64,000 nt of DNA, taken from assembly GCA_022827885.1 (NCBI GenBank), contig JAJEIP010000008.1:768-64767 (forward strand), written 5' to 3'. Numbering within the stretch: the first letter of the stretch is position 1; every line of letters starts with the position of its first letter. Positions 60,355 through 64,000 of this stretch are shown here, piece by piece. Made by a program: the position numbers and the translations under genes. The notes below the pieces were generated by a model. It did no database searches and had not been told where the DNA came from. It saw only the letters and a list, made by a program, of their open reading frames with translations. The DNA comes from Candidatus Poribacteria bacterium. GTDB taxonomy: Bacteria; Poribacteria; WGA-4E; WGA-3G.

Positions 60355-61005
60355 GTGGAACACACTACCACTTTAGATCACACTGAAGATGTATATGAAC
60401 CTTCGCTTACGCCGGACAGCCTTGGTAAACTCGGCATGTGGATCTTCCTCGTCGGAGATACGATGTCGTTTGGCGCGTTGTTGGCGGCTTATGCCGCTCT
60501 CCGGGCAGGTGCAGGTGTAGTCGGTTGGGTCCCGCCAACCGAGATTCTCGGTATTAACCTAACCGCATTTATGACATTCCTGTTGATATGCAGCAGTGTC
60601 ACGATGGTGAAAGCACTGGAGTCGATTCAGAACGGCAATGTCTCGCGCATGTGCATGTTCCTTGGGTTGACGATTGCTGGGGGTTTCATCTTCCTTGGAC
60701 TACAGGCTTATGAATGGTATCATCTGATTAAACACGGATTGACACTGACCGGTATCCCCGATCACGGGTTATCGGGTGCCGCAATCAGCGGTTCCACGCT
60801 TTTTGGTCCGACTTTCTACGCCATCACAGGTTTCCACGGAATGCACGTGACCGGGGGGGTTATCTATCTCATTGTTATCTTGATACACGGTTTACGCGGT
60901 AGATATACGGCTGAATTTAACCATGAGGTAGAAATCGTCGGACTCTATTGGCACTTCGTTGACCTTATCTGGATTATGGTTTTCACCTTCATCTATCTAT
61001 TGTAG
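60355..61005 (+). CDS. ctaE: Cytochrome c oxidase subunit III
   Basis: 216 aa. GMWIFLVGDTMSFGALLAAY, FYAITGFHGMHVTGGVIYL and LYWHFVDLIWIMVF. GTG start after AAAGGAG. Confidence 0.85.
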   Translation: MEHTTTLDHTEDVYEPSLTPDSLGKLGMWIFLVGDTMSFGALLAAYAALRAGAGVVGWVPPTEILGINLTAFMTFLLICSSVTMVKALESIQNGNVSRMCMFLGLTIAGGFIFLGLQAYEWYHLIKHGLTLTGIPDHGLSGAAISGSTLFGPTFYAITGFHGMHVTGGVIYLIVILIHGLRGRYTAEFNHEVEIVGLYWHFVDLIWIMVFTFIYLL

Positions 61006-61010
61006 GGGGA

Positions 61011-61352
61011 ATGAAAATGGCAGAGAATGGACACAAAGAGCATCCAAAATACTTTAAGATTTTCTGGTGGCTTCTTGCACTCACCATTATTGAAGTTGCT
61101 GTGGCAATACCGGAATACTCGATTGTGCTGAAAGCCATCTTACTCATCGGACTGGCATGTTCCAAAGCCGCTTTGGTCGCTATCTATTTCATGCATCTGA
61201 AGTTTGAAAGAAAAACACTGACAGCTATCGTGCTGACACCTTTTATTATCTGTGTTTTTCTCGTTATCATGCTGATGCCGGATCTCACATCAGATGATCG
61301 GCACGAAGGGATAGAGAAGCCGGCGGAAGTCGTGAATACTTCGGCGCATTAG
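61011..61352 (+). CDS. Prokaryotic cytochrome c oxidase subunit IV family protein
   Basis: 113 aa with 3 TM segments. YFKIFWWLLALTIIEV...AALVAIYFMHLKFE follows the COX4_pro pattern. Confidence 0.7.
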   Translation: MKMAENGHKEHPKYFKIFWWLLALTIIEVAVAIPEYSIVLKAILLIGLACSKAALVAIYFMHLKFERKTLTAIVLTPFIICVFLVIMLMPDLTSDDRHEGIEKPAEVVNTSAH

Positions 61353-61354
61353 TC

Positions 61355-61377
61355 GGGCGAGGGAACCTCGCCCCTAC
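61355..61377 (-). repeat. REP-like GTAG hairpin (GTAGGGGCGAGGTTCCCTCGCCC)
   Basis: Minus-strand reading. It lies just after the subunit IV stop and belongs to the same subfamily as 12803. Confidence 0.7.
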
Positions 61378-61393
61378 GATTTGGTGACTGGAT

Positions 61394-62035
61394 ATGGAGA
61401 CACACACCGAAGCTGCCGGTAACGTTAAACGAAAGTTGGATAAAAGCACCTTAATCTGGGTAGTGCTGGGTGTCATCATTATCGGCATTGCGGGGCTCAA
61501 TTTGTGGTCGGTATTTGACACCAAATCGGAAGTGCAGCTCTCTAAAACGACTGCTGTTAGTGTGCCGGACTTTCGCCTGACAACGCAAAACGGAGAACCG
61601 TTAACGTTGTCCGATATGAAGGGCAAAATTTGGGTCGCAGATTTCATTTTTACCAATTGCCCAACGATTTGTCCGGCGATGACACAGGAGATGGCACGCC
61701 TTCAGTCCGAATTTGTTGCGGATCCCGTCTATTTCGTCTCCTTCTCCGTGGATCCGGAGCGGGATACCTCACGCGTGCTCTCGCGCTACGCAAAGGCTTA
61801 TGGGGCTGACGATAGACGTTGGCACTTTCTTACGGGGGACAAGGCGGCTATCTACGCGTTAGCCGAAGACGGATTCAGTTTAGCTGCGGGACACAACGGC
61901 ACTGAACTCCTTCATAGCACACGGTTCGTTCTCGTCGCGCCCGATGGGAACATCCATGACTACTATGATAGTCGAAGTAAACCGGCACTCCTGCGTCTAC
62001 GACGGGATCTCAAGGCACTCCTTAAAAATGAATGA
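61394..62035 (+). CDS. SCO1/SenC copper chaperone (thioredoxin fold)
   Basis: TM anchor. Contains FIFTNCPTICP (CxxxCP) and the downstream His region (LLHSTRFVLV). Confidence 0.85.
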   Translation: METHTEAAGNVKRKLDKSTLIWVVLGVIIIGIAGLNLWSVFDTKSEVQLSKTTAVSVPDFRLTTQNGEPLTLSDMKGKIWVADFIFTNCPTICPAMTQEMARLQSEFVADPVYFVSFSVDPERDTSRVLSRYAKAYGADDRRWHFLTGDKAAIYALAEDGFSLAAGHNGTELLHSTRFVLVAPDGNIHDYYDSRSKPALLRLRRDLKALLKNE

Positions 62036-62300
62036 TGTGAACCTATTAATCTCCGTTGCGGCTTTTGTGGTTCATTTCACGTTCGGGTTTTACCGCGGAC
62101 GGTTTAAAAGGTTCAGCCGTCCGTGGAGCAGATGTCTCTACATACCGATTGTTCTTAACATCGTCGTGCGCCGTTTTGTTCTCGGCTGGGGCTGGCAAAC
62201 CGCGATGATTTACCTATGGCCCGCAACACTGATTGCGCATATCCTCGGCGGCTTCTGCGGTTCGCGTCGAAAACCTGTTACAGGTAGCAGGAAAAAATAA
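62028..62300 (+). CDS. Small hypothetical membrane protein
   Basis: 90-aa ORF from ATG 62028, overlapping the SCO1 stop. It has 2-3 hydrophobic segments and no recognisable motif. Confidence 0.3.
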   Translation: MNDVNLLISVAAFVVHFTFGFYRGRFKRFSRPWSRCLYIPIVLNIVVRRFVLGWGWQTAMIYLWPATLIAHILGGFCGSRRKPVTGSRKK

Positions 62301-62331
62301 AAACGATCACGGTTTTAAAAGGAAAAAAATC

Positions 62332-63999
62332 ATGAAAAAAATCTATGTGCCTGTTGACAATTCGGACTACTCGGACGCGAGTATCGCGCTATCAGTTGCG
62401 TTCGCGAGAATGTTCGGGTCCCAATTGGTAGGCTCGCACGTTTACGCCGCAAAAATGCACGATGTCCGCTTTAAACAGATGGAATATACCCTGCCAGAGG
62501 AGTATCAGGACGAGGTCGAACTGGAGAAACAACGCCGTATCCACGACACGCTCATTACGATGGGGCTCCAACTCATCTCGGATTCCTATCTTGAGGTGAT
62601 GCAGCAGAAGTGCACTGAATTTGGGATCCCGTTTGAACCGAGAATGCCGGAAGGCAAACACTACATAAAACTCGTTGAGGACATTCAGGAAGGCGATTAC
62701 GATCTCGTGATTATGGGGGCACTCGGTATGGGTGCCGTCAAGGATAGTCTCATCGGTGGTGTCTGTGAACGCGTCGTCCGCCGTATCAACACCGATACGC
62801 TTGTCGTCCGGGACCTTGAACCGATTGAAGAGAGTGAAGGAAATATCCTCGTCGGGATTGATGGAAGTCCGGAATCTTTCTCAGGCTTGAAAACCGCGAT
62901 ACACCTCGGACGTAAGTTCAATAAACAGGTGGAAGCCGTTGGTGTCTACGATCCGTATCTACACTACATCGTCTTCAATTCCGTGGTGAATGTGCTCACG
63001 GAACGCGCCGCACGGACTTTCAGATTTAAAGAGCAGGAGCAACTCCACGAAGAGGTAATTGATACGGGTTTGGCAAAAATCTATCAGTCCCACTTAGAGG
63101 TTGCACGCTCCATCGCAAAAGAGGAACACGACTACGCCTTAAAGATTACCCTACTTGATGGCAAAGCCTACGAAAAAATCCTACAATACGCACGAAAAAC
63201 GAACCCGTGGCTCCTCGTCTTAGGCAGAATCGGTGTCCACAGTGAACAGGATGTGGACATCGGTAGCACCGCCGAGAATCTGTTGCGTCTTGCGCCTTGC
63301 AACATCCTCCTATCGAGCCAACGCTATTTCCCGCAAATTGATGTAAAAGCCGAGGAGACGCTCGTCTGGACGCAGGAAGCGTTGGATAGGATGGAGAAGG
63401 CACCACCGCTCGTCCGTGGCATTGCGAAGACAGCCGTCCATCGGTTCGCTATAGAGCGCGGGCATTCCGTAATCACCGAGAGCGTCATTGACATGGCGAT
63501 GGAAGCAATTATGCCACAGCGTGCCTCTGAGAAGTTGACCCGCGTCGCGAAGGAGATTGCTGAGCAAAAAGTGCTGGAATCAGATGCCGTCCAGACGTAT
63601 ATCTGTGGCGAGTGTGGCTACGCCGCGCATAACCAACAGCCCGTGAAATGCCCCGTCTGTAGTTCATCACCGGAACGTTTTCAGAGGGTTGACAAGGATT
63701 CATTACAGAATGTCGCTGTAGACGAAGGCGGCGCTGCCGAAGAAGAGACGTTTGACGGCGTGCGACTCCAGTGGTCAGAACAGGCGAAAAAGGCACTGCG
63801 GGGTGTTCCGCGCGGTTATATGCGCCGAAACGTCAAAGCACGTATTGAGAAATCCGCACGTTCTCAAAAGATTGCTACGATCACAAACGATTTTGCAACT
63901 CAGATTATCAATGAGAGTATGGGAGAAGCGGCGGCAGTCCGTGAAGATGCTCCGGAACTCAGAGCCGTGCAAGCACAGACCGACGCTGGGAACACTGGA
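62332..63999 (+). CDS. Tandem universal stress protein domains fused to PCP_red-like domains and a rubredoxin-type zinc ribbon (3' end outside window)
   Basis: Open frame from ATG 62332 to the window end, so it is absent from the ORF track for lack of a stop. Two USP units (IYVPVDNSDYS...; ILVGIDGSPES...GSTAENLL). WTQEALDRMEKAPPLVRGIAKTAVHRFAIERG and LQWSEQAKKALRGVPRGYMRRNVKARIE are PCP_red-like. YICGECGY...CPVC is the zinc ribbon. Confidence 0.7.
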   Translation, partial: MKKIYVPVDNSDYSDASIALSVAFARMFGSQLVGSHVYAAKMHDVRFKQMEYTLPEEYQDEVELEKQRRIHDTLITMGLQLISDSYLEVMQQKCTEFGIPFEPRMPEGKHYIKLVEDIQEGDYDLVIMGALGMGAVKDSLIGGVCERVVRRINTDTLVVRDLEPIEESEGNILVGIDGSPESFSGLKTAIHLGRKFNKQVEAVGVYDPYLHYIVFNSVVNVLTERAARTFRFKEQEQLHEEVIDTGLAKIYQSHLEVARSIAKEEHDYALKITLLDGKAYEKILQYARKTNPWLLVLGRIGVHSEQDVDIGSTAENLLRLAPCNILLSSQRYFPQIDVKAEETLVWTQEALDRMEKAPPLVRGIAKTAVHRFAIERGHSVITESVIDMAMEAIMPQRASEKLTRVAKEIAEQKVLESDAVQTYICGECGYAAHNQQPVKCPVCSSSPERFQRVDKDSLQNVAVDEGGAAEEETFDGVRLQWSEQAKKALRGVPRGYMRRNVKARIEKSARSQKIATITNDFATQIINESMGEAAAVREDAPELRAVQAQTDAGNTG

Positions 64000-64000
64000 G

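Overview
This is a 64-kb bacterial chromosomal window with roughly balanced GC by eye. I recognised no rRNA, tRNA, CRISPR array or transposase. All calls rest on by-eye motif recognition in the ORF track and the raw sequence; no searches were run.

Gene content:
- 1-5.6 kb and 19.7-22.6 kb hold minus-strand housekeeping genes: yajC, queA, ruvB/A/C, yebC, rsmA, coaBC and gmk.
- 5.7-19.7 kb holds accessory genes: two PhyH-type dioxygenases flanking a Gfo/Idh/MocA gene split by an in-frame TGA, canonical cydAB, a GNAT, a fused TRAP permease, and a DUF3311-like gene with a sodium:solute symporter.
- 22.8-38.1 kb holds a polyferredoxin, an SDR, a WD40-dockerin protein, two LamG proteins, an ECF-sigma/TM/BNR-propeller fusion, DUF1501, rsmD, a bicupin, a GH36-like protein and a family-4 UDG.
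- 38.5 to at least 62.3 kb is one co-oriented plus-strand respiratory super-cluster:
  - a Rieske subunit, split cytochrome b and a 7-haem cytochrome c;
  - an uncharacterised module built around a CydA-like protein with no CydB, two amicyanin-type cupredoxins, three c-type cytochromes and a cytochrome c-EB_dh fusion;
  - an ABC-2 transporter;
  - a complete aa3-type oxidase set: coxB, coxA, ctaA, ctaB, two subunit-III genes, subunit IV and SCO1.

Most notable observations:
1. A secreted tandem peroxiredoxin has both peroxidatic cysteines encoded by in-frame TGA. Each TGA is followed at an identical distance by a SECIS-like hairpin, so this is a probable double-selenocysteine protein that the ORF track splits into three ORFs.
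2. The bd-like/cupredoxin/cytochrome c module sits between the complex III-like genes and the complex IV genes.
3. Several families of intergenic repeats are present:
   - GTAG-prefixed REP-like hairpins;
   - a modular leader cassette ending in CCGCAAGGAAAATTAAAAA that supplies the ribosome-binding region of several genes, some with apparent ATT or TTG starts;
   - heptamer-based nested palindromes.
4. The promoter and 5' leader of the ECF-sigma fusion gene is duplicated upstream of the WD40-dockerin gene.

The gene content suggests a PVC/Planctomycetota-like or Poribacteria-like lineage. That placement is inference only.
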